Part shown: in pieces, positions 1 to 11,585 of the stretch
How positions within the stretch are numbered: the first letter of the stretch is position 1
How the letters are laid out: each line of letters starts with the position of its first letter
From: Macrostomum lignano
Taxonomy: Eukaryota
Direction of reading: 5' to 3'
Assembly (NCBI GenBank): GCA_002269645.1
Contig: NIVC01003850.1
Location: 1 to 30,306 of the forward strand
DNA: 30,306 bases
Program-made: the position numbers and the translations under genes
The notes under the pieces: model-generated
Database searches by the model: none
Told to the model about the DNA's origin: nothing
The model's input: the letters and a program-made list of their open reading frames with translations, nothing else

Positions 1-2
1 CT

Positions 3-327
3 ACTACTACTAATAGTAATAAGACTTCTACTACGGTTACTACAGCTACTGCTAAGAGTAGCAGTCATAATAATTCTACTATTATTGTGCCAGTCTATCA
101 GACTAAAACTATGACAGCTACAGTTGTTACTGCGGCTGCTATGACGACGGTTGCTAAGAAAGATGAACAGGAGGAGATTAAGCCAATTGAGCCAATTGAG
201 CCAATAGTAGACGAGATCGGCGACCATCAGAAGACTCCGATGGCGAGGATGAGCAGCAGTACGAAGTGACCTACGTTGATGCGAATGAATTCGAAATGGC
301 GACGACATTGCCCAGTGTAGTAAGGAG
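3..327 (+). CDS. Probable upstream exon of gene 1 (Thr-rich then acidic linker); both edges uncertain
   Basis: The frame from base 3 is open to ...DEIGDHQ. The -1 frame from 230 reads EDSDGEDEQQYEVTYVDANEFEMATTLPSVV. Candidate donors are GTAAGG at 320 (phase 0, fits the acceptor at 693) and at 328. Confidence 0.45.
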
Positions 328-426
328 GTAAGGAATGAGCGAGTTGCAGTGCTTGAGGTGTGGGTTTGCACTCCTTTAAATGATGCTCTTTTCAATAGTG
401 TAGTGCGGATGAATTTAAGAGTAGGG

Positions 427-547
427 CTGAAGGATATCTAAGAGTGAGACCTGAAGGATATCCAAGGGTGAGGCCTGAAGATATCTAACGGTGAGGCCTG
501 AAGGGTATCGAAGGGTGATTTCTGAGATCTAAGAGTGAGACCTGAAG
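427..547. repeat. Short degenerate ~24-bp tandem repeat (CTGAAGGATATCTAAGAGTGAGAC)
   Basis: CTGAAG recurs at 427, 451, 475, 498. Confidence 0.75.
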
Positions 548-692
548 CATTTCTATCTGTTTTCAAAAAACCGGCTAGATAAACTATCGATTTCTCGTCT
601 AGATAGCTGGATTAATGTAGAGGCTTCAATAAATAGATCTAGTGACTTCAATATCTAAATTAAACGATAATCCAATCCTAAAACTACTGCAG

Positions 693-866
693 GAGATGCT
701 GAAGCTCATTGGAGACCTGCGCCAAACTGTGCAGCAGCAAGAGGAGGAGATGGAGGAGCGGGAGATGCGCATTAGACGCGAGCTCATTGCCGAACGGGAC
801 CGGCTGATGAGCGAGGTGGAGGAGCGATTTGAGCAGCAGCTTCAGGAGCAGAAGGAGCTGCAAGAG
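693..866 (+). CDS. Gene 1 exon, KIF20-like stalk start (58 codons)
   Basis: ctgcag|GAG ATG ... CAA GAG|gtacgt, phase 0/0. Confidence 0.8.
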
Positions 867-3800
867 GTACGTTGTGATATAACTGAGCAATGCTATTCCA
901 AGATTCTTCAATTATTTTGTAGTTTCAAAATCTGCCATTTTGTAGTTTCAGAATCTGCCATTTTGTAGTTTCAGAATCTGCCATTTTGTAGTTTCAGTAT
1001 CTGCCATTTTGTAGATTCAGAATCTGCCATTTTGTAGTTTCAGAATCTGCCATTTTGTAGTTTCAGAATCTGCCATTTTGTAGTTTCAGAATCTGCCATT
1101 TTGTAGTTTCAGAATCTGCCATTTTGTAGTTTCAGAATCTGCCATTTTGTAGTTTCAGAATCTGCCATTTTGTAGTTTCAGAATCTGCCATTTTGTAGTT
1201 TCAGAATCTGCCATTTTGTAGTTTCAGAATCTGCCATTTTGTAGTTTCAGAATCTGCCGTTTTGTAGTTTCAGTATCTGCCATTTTGTAGATTCAGAATC
1301 TGCCATTTTGTAGATTCAGAATCTGCCATTTTTGTAGCTAAAATCTGCCATTTTGTAGTTAAATCTGCCATTTTGTAGTTAAATCTGCCATTTTGTAGAT
1401 TCAAAATCTGCCATTTTGTAGATTCAAAATCTGCCATTTTGTAGATTCAAAATCTGCCATTTTGTAGTTAAATCTGCCATTTTGTAGATTCAAAATCTGC
1501 CATTTTGTAGTTAAATCTGCCATTTTGTAGATTCAAAATCTGCCATTTTGTAGTTAAATCTGCCATTTTGTAGTTAAATCTGCCATTTTGTAGTTAAATC
1601 TGCCATTTCGTGTTAAAATCTGCCATTTCTATTCCTTTTCCTAGAGTCTAGCGATTGAATTCTTAAAATTTGCCTCTGACATTGATTTATAACTACTAAA
1701 CCATTCCCCATTGACCCTTGCAGGAGCGCCACGACACCCGCCTGCGCGAGTACCTGGACACTTCCCAGCGGATCAGCGACAACCTGAAGAAGCGCATGGT
1801 TGAGGCTCACAAACGCAAGCTGGCCGAACTGCAAGCAAAAATCGATAGATTAGAAGAGCAACTTGGCGAGGCCAGGTCGGAGGCTGAGCAGCAAGATGAG
1901 CAGTTGGAAAATTTGAATAATAAAGTTGAGAAATTGGAGATGGAGCTGGCCGCTGCTCAGAGCGTCTCCACTAAAGAGGCCATCGAAGCCGAAGTAAACA
2001 TTCGAGTCAGGAGAATCGGCGATATGCACAGGCGGCTAGCGGAGTCTGCAGATATCAGCAGCCTGGCCAGGTCGCACCCGCCTCCGCCCACCAATCAGCA
2101 CCGGTCTGCAATGCGGGCCACTCTGCTTAAGAACGACTCGTTTCTGGTTCACGAGCTGGAGGCTGAACTGGTTGAAGAGCAGGAGAACCGAGAGCGACAG
2201 GTAGGCGCCATGACTGCCACGCTGGCCTGCTCACAGGAGATGCTGGATGGACTCAGGATGGAGCGAGAATTGCTGGCTGAGGAGTTGAAGACTGCACGGC
2301 TGACTGTTGAGGAGCAGGTGAGGGGAACTGGCTTGAGAATAGAGTTGAATTGGAGATTGAGTGTGAGATTAGATGGTAGATACACAGATGCAGAGACCAG
2401 ATAGGGAGATAGGAGAGGAGAGAGTCGATACGGGGGATATAGAAGGGAAATGCGAGAGCGGTTTGGGCGAAGGGAGATATGAGATGGGAGAAGGAAGATA
2501 GGAGAGGAGAGAAGGGAGATAGGAGAGGGGAGAAGGGAGATAGGAGAAGGGAGATATGAGATGGGAAAGGGAGATAGGAGATGGTAGAGGGGAGAGCGGA
2601 GATGGGAGAGGAGGAGAAGGTAGACACGAGGAACAGTCAAAGCATATGAATGACTCTCTCTGAAAATGCACCACTTGCACCCAGGCGGAAACCATCAGCC
2701 AGTTAAGGAGTCGCATCGAAGCCCTCGGGCATGCCGAACAAGGATCAGAGCCCGCTGCTAAATCTGCCGATGCCATAGACAATGAAGCTTATACTGCTAA
2801 GAACATTGAATCCGATCAAAGCTGCTGCCAAATGGCTAACGAGCATTTGAAAGAGGCTGCTAAGGCTGATGTTGATCTAGAGGAAAGAGTTGAATGCGTG
2901 AGTGATCACTACCGTGTTGCTTAGATATTTGGTTTTCGTATTAATATTCTTATGCATTGACGATGTTCATGAGAAGTGCTCAGTGGCTGGGAGATAGAAT
3001 TGGGTAGATACCGTAGCTAAATGCTTAATACATAATTAAGACTCGTGGAAGAGATGTAGAAAGGGTGATCTAGTCCAATAAGCAATAGTTTGTTAAAGAA
3101 GAATACGCTTTCTTCTTTGAAGAATCTCCGTTTCAAATTTCTATTCTTTAATCATTTGCCAGCTCGTCCAGAAACTCCGCGAAGAAATGGCCGATTCCAA
3201 GGCTAAGGACGCCAAACTAGAAGAGATGAATGAGCAAGTTCTACGAATTAGCTCGCAGGCTGAGGCCCAGTTGCAGCAGGTATGATACTTATACTAACGA
3301 TATACTACTTATGGCAGTATTATAGGGCTTTGGCTGCTGCCAGCCTCCCAGATCCCCAGTTGCTGGACCACCAGCCTCCCAGATCCTCAGTTGCTGGGCC
3401 AGCCTCCCAGATCCTCAGTTGCTGGGCCACCAGCCTCCCAGATCCTCAGTTGCTGGACCACCAGCCTCCCAGATCCTCAGTTGCTGGGCCAACAGCCTCC
3501 CAGATCCTCAGTTGCTGGGCCAGCCTCCCAGATCCTCAGTTGCTGGGCCAGCCTCCCAGATCCTCAGTTGCTGGGCCAGCCTCCCAGATCCTCAATTGCT
3601 GGGCCAACAGCCTCCCAGATCCTCAATTGCTGGGCTACCAGCCTCCCAGATCCTCAGTTGCTGGGCTACCAGCCTCCCAGATCCTCAATTGCTGGGCCAA
3701 CAGCCTCCCAGATCCTCAATTGCTGGGCTACCAGCCTCCCAGATCCTCAGTTGCAGGGCCACCAGCCTCCCAGATCCTCAATTGCTGGGCCAACAGCCTC

Positions 3801-6800
3801 CCAGATCCCCAGTTGCTGGGCCACCAGCCTCCCAGATCCCCAGTTGCTGGGCCACCAGCCTCCCAGATCCTCAGTTGCTGGGCCAGCCTCCCAGATCCCC
3901 AGTTGCAGGGCCACCAGCCTCCCAGATCCTCAATTGCTGGGCCAACAGCCTCCCAGATCCCCAGTTGCTGGCCACCAGCCTCCCAGATCCCCAGTTGCTG
4001 GGCCACCAGCCTCCCAGATCCTCAGTTGCTGGGCCATCAGCCTCCCAGATCCTCAGTTGCTGGGCCAGCCTCCCAGATCCCCAGTTGCTGGGCCACCAGC
4101 CTCCCAGATCCCCAGTTGCTGGGCCACCAGCCTCCCAGATCCCCAGTTGCTGGGCCACTAGCCTCCCAGATCCTCAGTTGCTGGGCCAGCCTCCCAGATC
4201 CCCAGTTGCTGGGCCACCAGCCTCCCAGATCCCCAGTTGCTGGGCCACCAGCCTCCCAGATGCTTAACTTTCATTACTAACATTAGGCTCAAGTAAAATG
4301 CTTTTTCGTCTCTGAACGCCTGCTTCAGCTCAATCAACAGCTGCTGGAGCTGAAAGACCAGCTGGAATCTTCTCAGAGCGGAGTTGATGCCTCTAGCAAA
4401 TCATCAGATTTAGTGAGCTCATTTTTTCAATTACTGATCAATAAAATGATTTATATACAGAAACTCTAGGCAACACCCATTAGTTGATATTTTTAGCAAA
4501 CCTGAAAATTGCTGAAATATAAGGATTTTCAAAAAACCCGAAAATTAGCCGAAAATTTAAGGATTTTCAACAGAACCGACAAATTGCCAAATACGAAAAC
4601 TTGATAAGCGAATAGAAGTGGTTAGCAAATTAGTGCTATTGAAGTATTACAAATATATTATTAGCCTCAGTAAAATAATTGAGCCATTTTGAACATTCAT
4701 TTCAGCTAAATCAGCAGCTAGCCCAACTCCAGTCGCAATTGGCAGAAAAGTCACGTGACAGTGATAAGCTCTCTATCGAACTGAATGAGACGGTGAGCAA
4801 GCGTGTGGGAGTTGGGGCTCTTCTCTTATTTTTTATCAACTTATTGTTTTTCATTGAAGGTTGAGAAGCTCCGCCAGTCTGAAGCGAAGTTGGAGTCCAT
4901 TTCGGCGGAGTCCTCAGCAAAGGATGAGCAGCTGCTGGAGCTTCAGCGTCGGCTGGATGAAGCTGAGTCGGAAGCTGAGAATCAGCTTAAGCAGGTGAGT
5001 TTAAGAAAATGAGCTTTAGACAGGGTGTCAGATGGGAGACAGGGTGTCAGATATGGGAACAGGGTGTCAAATAGGAAACAGGGTGTCAGATATAAGATCA
5101 GGTGTCAGATATGGGAACAGGGTGTCAGATGGGAGACAGGGTGTCAGATGTTAAACAGGGTGTCAGATGTTAAACAGGGTGTCAGATGTTAAACAGGGTG
5201 TCAGATGTTAAACAGGGTGTCAGATGTTAAACAGGGTGTCAGAAGGGAGACAGGGTGTCAGATGTTAAACAGGGTGTCAGATGTTAAACAGGGTGTCAGA
5301 TGTTAAACAGGGTGTCAGATGTTAAACAGGGTGTCAGATGTTAAACAGGGTGTCAGATGGGAAACAGGGTGTCAGATGCGAAACAGTGTGTCAGATATCG
5401 GAACAGGGTGTCAGATATGGGATCAGGTGTCAGATATAGGATCATGGTGTCAGGTATTGGATCAGGTGTCAGATATGGTATCAGGTGTCAGATTTGGGAT
5501 CATGGTGTCAGATATGGGATCAGGTGTCAGATGTGGGAACAGGCTGTCAGATATGGGATCAGGTGTCAGATATAGGATCAGGTGTCAGATGTGGGAACAG
5601 GGTGTCAGATGCAGATGCAATTTTGAACATTCATTTCAGCTAAATCAGCAGCTAGCCCAACTCCAGTCGCAATTGGCAGAAAAGTCACGTGACAGTGATA
5701 AGCTCTCTATCGAACTGAATGAGACGGTAAGCAAGCGTGTGGGAGTTGGGGCTCTTCTCTTATTTTTTATCAACTTATTGTTTTTCATTGAAGGTTGAGA
5801 AGCTCCGCCAGTCTGAAGCGAAGTTGGAGTCCATTTCGGCGGAGTCCTCAGCAAAGGATGAGCAGCTGCTGGAGCTTCAGCGACGGCTGGATGAAGCTGA
5901 GTCGGAAGCTGAGAATCAGCTTAAGCAGGTGAGTTGAAGAAAATTAGCTTTAGGCAGGGTGTCAGATGGAAAACAGGGTGTCAGATGGAAAACAGGGTGT
6001 CAGATATTCAGACAGTGTGTCAGATGGGAGACAGGGTGTCAGATAAAAAAAGGTGTCAGATATAGGATCTGGTGTCAAATATGGGAACAGGGTGTCAGAT
6101 GGAAAACAGGGTGTCAGATGCAATTTTGAACATTCATTTCAGCTAAATCAGCAGCTAGCCCAACTCCAGTCGCAATTGGCAGAAAAGTCACGTGACAGTG
6201 ATAAGCTCTCTATCGAACTGAATGAGACGGTAAGCAAGCGTGTGGGAGTTGGGACTCGTCTCTTATTTTTTATCAACTTATTGTTTTTCATTGAAGGTTG
6301 AGAAGCTCCGCCAGTCTGAAGCGAAGTTGGAGTCCATTTCGGCGGAGTCCTCAGCAAAGGATGAGCAGCTGCTGGAGCTTCGGCGTCGGCTGGATGAAGC
6401 TGAGTCTGAAGCTGAGAATCAGCTTAAGCAGGTGAGCTTAAGAAAATGAGCTTTAGACGGGGTGTCAGATGGGAGACAGTGTGTCAGATATGCAGACAGG
6501 GTGTCAGATAAAAAAGGTGTCAGATATAGGATCTGGTGTCAGATATGGGAACAGGGTGTCAGATGGGAAACAGGGTGTCAGATGGGAAACAGGGTGTCAG
6601 ATGGGAAACAGGGTGTCAGATGGGAGACAGGGTGTCAGATATGGGAACAGGGTGTCAAATGGGAAACAGGGTGTCAGATATAAGATCAGGTGTCAGATAT
6701 GGGAACAGGGTGTCAGATGTTAAACAGGGTGTCAGATGTTAAACAGGGTGTCTGATGTTAAACAGGGTGCCAGATGTTAAACAGGGTGTCAGATGTTAAA

Positions 6801-9800
6801 CAGGGTGTCAGATGTTAAACAGGGTGTCAGATGGGAAACAGGGTGTCAGATGCGAAACAGTGTGTCAGATATCGGAACAGGGTGTCAGATATGGGATCAG
6901 GTGTCAGATATAGGATCATGGTGTCAGGTATTGGATCAGGTGTCAGATATAGGATCAGGTGTCAGATATGGTATCAGGTGTCAGATTTGGGATCATGGTG
7001 TCAGATATGGGATCAGGTGTCAGATGTGGGAACAGGCTGTCAGATATGGGATCAGGTGTCAGATATAGGATCAGGTGTCAGATGTGGGAACAGGGTGTCA
7101 GATGCAGATGCAATTTTGAACATTCATTTCAGCTAAATCAGCAGCTAGCCCAACTCCAGTCGCAATTGGCAGAAAAGTCACGTGACAGTGATAAGCTCTC
7201 TATCGAACTGAATGAGACGGTAAGCAAGCGTGTGGAGTTGGGGCTCTTCTCTTATTTTTTATCAACTTATTGTTTTTCATTGAAGGTTGAGAAGCTCCGC
7301 CAGTCTGAAGCGAAGTTGGAGTCCATTTCGGCGGAGTCCTCAGCAAAGGATGAGCAGCTGCTGGAGCTTCAGCGTCGGCTGGATGAAGCTGAGTCGGAAG
7401 CTGAGGATCAGCTTAAGCAGGTGAGTTTAAGATAATGAGCTTTAGGCAGGGTGTCAGATGGAAAACAGAGTGTCAGATAAAGGAACAGGGTGTCAGATAT
7501 AAGATCAGGTGTCAGATATGGGAACAGGGTGTCAGATAGGAGACAGGGTGTCAGATGTTAAACAGGGTGTCAGATGTTAAACAGGGTGTCAGATGGGAAA
7601 CAGGGTGTCAGATGGGAGACAGGGTGTCAGATGTTAAACAGGGTGTCAGATGTGGGATCAGGTGTCAGATATGGGAACAGGGTGTCAGATATGGGAACTG
7701 GTGTCAGATATAGGATCAGGTGTCAGATATGGTATCAGGTGTCAGATTTGGGATCATGGTGTCAGATATGGGATCAGGTGTCAGATGTGAGAACAGGCTG
7801 TCAGATATGGGATCAGGTGTCAGATGGGAAACAGGGTGTCAGATGGGAGACAGGGTGTCAGATGGAAAACAGGGTGTCAGATAAAGGAACAGGGTGTCAG
7901 ATAAAGGAACAGGGTGTCAGATGGGAAACAGGGTGTCAGATAAAGGAACAGGGTGTCAGATGGGAAACAGGGTGTCAGATGAGAAACAGGCTGTCAGATA
8001 TGGGATCAGGTGTCAGATGGGAAACAGGGTGTCAGATGGGAGACAGGGTGTCAGATGGAAAACAGGGTGTCAGATGGAAAACAGGGTGTCAGATAAAGGA
8101 ACAGGGTGTCAGATAAAGGAACAGGGTGTCAGATGGGAAACAGGGTGTCAGATAAAGGAACAGGGTGTCAGATGGGAAACAGGGTGTCAGATGAGAAACA
8201 GGCTGTCAGATATGGGATCAGGTGTCAGATGGGAAACAGGGTGTCAGATGGGAGACAGGGTGTCAGATGGAAAACAGGGTGTCAGATAAAGGAACAGGGT
8301 GTCAGATAAAAGAACAGGGTGTCAGATGGGAAACAGGGTGTCAGATGAGAAACAGGGTGTCAGATTTGGGATCAGGTGTCAGATATGGGAACAGGGTGTC
8401 AGATATGGGATCATGGTGTCAGATGGAAAACAGGGTGTCAGATAAAGGAACAGGGTGTCAGATGGGAAACAGGGTGTCAGATAAAGGAACAGGGTGTCAG
8501 ATAAAGGAACAGGGTGTCAGATGGGAAACAGGGTGTCAGATGAGAAACAGGCTGTCAGATATGGGATCAGGTGTCAGATGGGAAACAGGGTGTCAGATGG
8601 GAGACAGGGTGTCAGATGGAAAACAGGGTGTCAGATAAAGGAACAGGGTGTCAGATAAAAGAACAGGGTGTCAGATGGGAAACAGGGTGTCAGATGAGAA
8701 ACAGGGTGTCAGATGTGGGATCAGGTGTCAGATATGGGAACAGGGTGTCAGATGTGGGATCAGGTGTCAGATGTGGGATCAGGTGTCTGATATTGGATCA
8801 GGTGTCAGATATGGGAACAGGGTGTCAGATGTGGGATCATGGTGTCAGATGGGAAACAGGGTGTCAGATGTGGGATCATGGTGTCAGATGGGAAACAGGG
8901 TGTCAGATGTGGGATCATGGTGTCAGATGGGAAACAGGGTGTCAGATGTGGGATCATGGTGTCAGATGGGAAACAGGGTGTCAGATGTGGGATCATGGTG
9001 TCAGATGGGAAACAGGGTGTCAGATGGGAGACAGGGTGTCAGATGGGAAACAGGGTGTCAGATGTGGGATCATGGTGTCAGATGGGAAACAGGGTGTCAG
9101 ATGTGGGATCATGGTGTCAGATGAAAAACAGGGTGTCAGATGTGGGATCATGGTGTCAGATGGGAAACAGGGTGTCAGATGTGGGATCATGGGGTCAGAT
9201 GGGAAACAGGGTGTCAGATGTGGGATCATGGTGTCAGATGGGAAACAGGGTGTCAGATGTGGGATCATGGTGTCAGATGGGAAACAGGGTGTCAGATGTG
9301 GGATCATGGTGTCAGATGGGAAACAGGGTGTCAGATGTGGGATCATGGTGTCAGATGGGAAACAGGGTGTCAGATGTGGGATCATGGTGTCAGATGGGAA
9401 ACAGGGTGTCAGATGTGGGATCATGGTGTCAGATGGGAAACAGGGTGTCAGATGTGGGATCAGGTGTCAGATATGGGAACAGGGTGTCAGATGTGGGATC
9501 AGGTGTCAGATATGGGAACAGGGTGTCAGATATGGGATCATGGTGTCAGATGTGGGATCAGGTGTCTGATATTGGATCAGGTGTCAGATATGGGTACAGG
9601 GTGTCAGATATAGGATCTGGTGTCAGATATGAAAACAGGGTGTCAGATGGGAAACAGGGTGTCAGATGAGAAACAGGGTGTCAGATGTGGGATCAGGTGT
9701 CAGATATGGGAACAGGGTGTCAGATGTGGGATCATGGTGTCAGATGGGAAACAGGGTGAGACATATGAAATATTAAAAAATTAAAAAAACCTGAAAATTA

Positions 9801-11528
9801 CCAATGAGGATTTTCAACGATTCAGAAAAGTTTCCGAAATGTAAGTATCCTAAACAAACCTGAAAAATTGCTGAACTCTGAGGATTTTCGGGAAACCCGA
9901 AAAATTGCTGAAATCTTAGGATTTTCAAGAAACCCGAAAAATTGCTGAACTCTGAGGATTTTCAACAAACACAAAAAATTGCTGCAAATCTGAGGATTTT
10001 AACAAACCCGAAAAATTGCTGCAAATCTGAGGATTTTAACAAACCCGAAAAATTGCTGCAAATCTGAGAATTTTAACAAACCCGAAAAATTGCTGCAAAT
10101 CTGAGGATTTTAACAAACCCGAAAAATTGCCGAAATAGGTGGATTTTCAACAGACCCCAAAATTTGCCGAAATATAAGGATTTTCAACACACCCGAAAAA
10201 TTGCCAAAAAGGAGGATTTTCAAGAAACCTGAAAAATTACCAAATACGAAAACTTGATAAGCGAATAGAAGTGGTTAGCAAATTAGTGCTATTAAAGTAT
10301 TACAAATATATTATTAGCCTCAGTAAAATAATTGAGCCATTTTGAACATTCATTTCAGCTAAATCAGCAGCTAGCCCAACTCCAGTCGCAATTGGCAGAA
10401 AAGTCACGTGACAGTGATAAGCTCTCTATCGAACTGAATGAGACGGTAAGCAAGCGTGTGGGAGTTGGGACTCGTCTCTTATTTTTTATCAACCTATTGT
10501 TTTTCATTGAAGGTTGAGAAGCTCCGCCAGTCTGAAGCGAAGTTGGAGTCCATTTCGGCGGAGTCCTCAGCAAAGGATGAGCAGCTGCTGGAGCTTCGGC
10601 GTCGGCTGGATGAAGCTGAGTCTGAAGCTGAGAATCAGCTTAAGCAGGTGAGCTTAAGAAAATGAGCTTTAGACGGGGTGTCAGATGGGAGACAGGGTGT
10701 CAGATATGCAGACAGTGTGTCAGATGGGAGACAGGGTGTCAGATGGGAGACAGGGTGTCAGATAAAAAAAGGTGTCAGATATAGGATCTGGTGTCAGATA
10801 TGGGAACAGGGTGTCAGATGGGAAACAGGGTGTCAGATGTTAAACAGGGTGTCAGATATGGAAACAGGGTGTCAGATGGGAAACAGGGTGTCAGATGGGA
10901 AACAGGGTGTCAGATGCGAAACAGGGTGTCAGATGCGAAACAGTGTGTCAGATATCGGAACAGGGTGTCAGATATCGGAACAGGGTGTCAGATGGGAGAC
11001 AGGGTGTCAGATGTTAAACAGGGTGTCAGATGGGAGACAGGGTGTCAGATGTTAAACAAAGTGTCAGATGGGAAACAGGGTGTCTGATGAAAAACAGGGT
11101 GTCAGATGGGAAACAGGGTGTCAGATGGGAAACAGGGTGTCAGATGAAAAACAGGGTGTCAGATGGGAAACAGGGTGTCAGATGGGAAACGGTGTTAGAT
11201 GGGAAACGGGGTGTCAGATGGGAAACAGGGTGTCAGATGGGTAACAGGGTGTCAGATGGGAAACGGTGTTAGATGGGAAACAGGGTGTCAGATGGGAAAC
11301 AGGGTGTCAGATGGGAAACAGAGTGTCCGATATGGGAACAGGGTGTCACATATGGGAACAGGGTGTCCGATATGGGAACATGGTGTCAGATGGGAACAGG
11401 GTGTCCGATATGGGAACATGGTGTCACATATGGGAAACAGTGTGTCACATCTGGGAACATATGGTAACTTATCCCAAAAAAGTCTGATAATAGCTCGTAT
11501 TAACTAACTCGAGCGTCTTCGTCTTCTT

Positions 11529-11585
<57 letters not shown>

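Larger units (their letters stand above)
5020..11460. repeat. 19-21-bp satellite (CAGGGTGTCAGATGGGAAA / CAGGTGTCAGATATGGGAT) in blocks ~5020-5612, 5955-6121, 6459-7107, 7448-9765, 10674-11460
   Basis: One block follows each duplicated exon pair. Confidence 0.95.

Noticed and set aside
2149-2782. Minus-strand Ser/Pro/Leu-rich ORFs
   Set aside because: Antisense to gene 1 exons and to a purine-rich low-complexity tract
3282-4280. Long ORFs in all three + frames (PDPQLLG / PPRSSVAG repeats)
   Set aside because: They are translations of a stop-free minisatellite lying between a clear donor (3280) and acceptor (4328); the same repeat occurs inverted elsewhere
4587-10672. Repeat-spacer-like layout suggesting CRISPR
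   Set aside because: The constant parts are spliceosomal exons, the intervening DNA is satellite and not unique spacers, there are no cas genes, and the context is eukaryotic
5319-11507. Many ORFs of the WETGCQM / GNRVSD type
   Set aside because: Satellite translations, open in several frames at once, intronic
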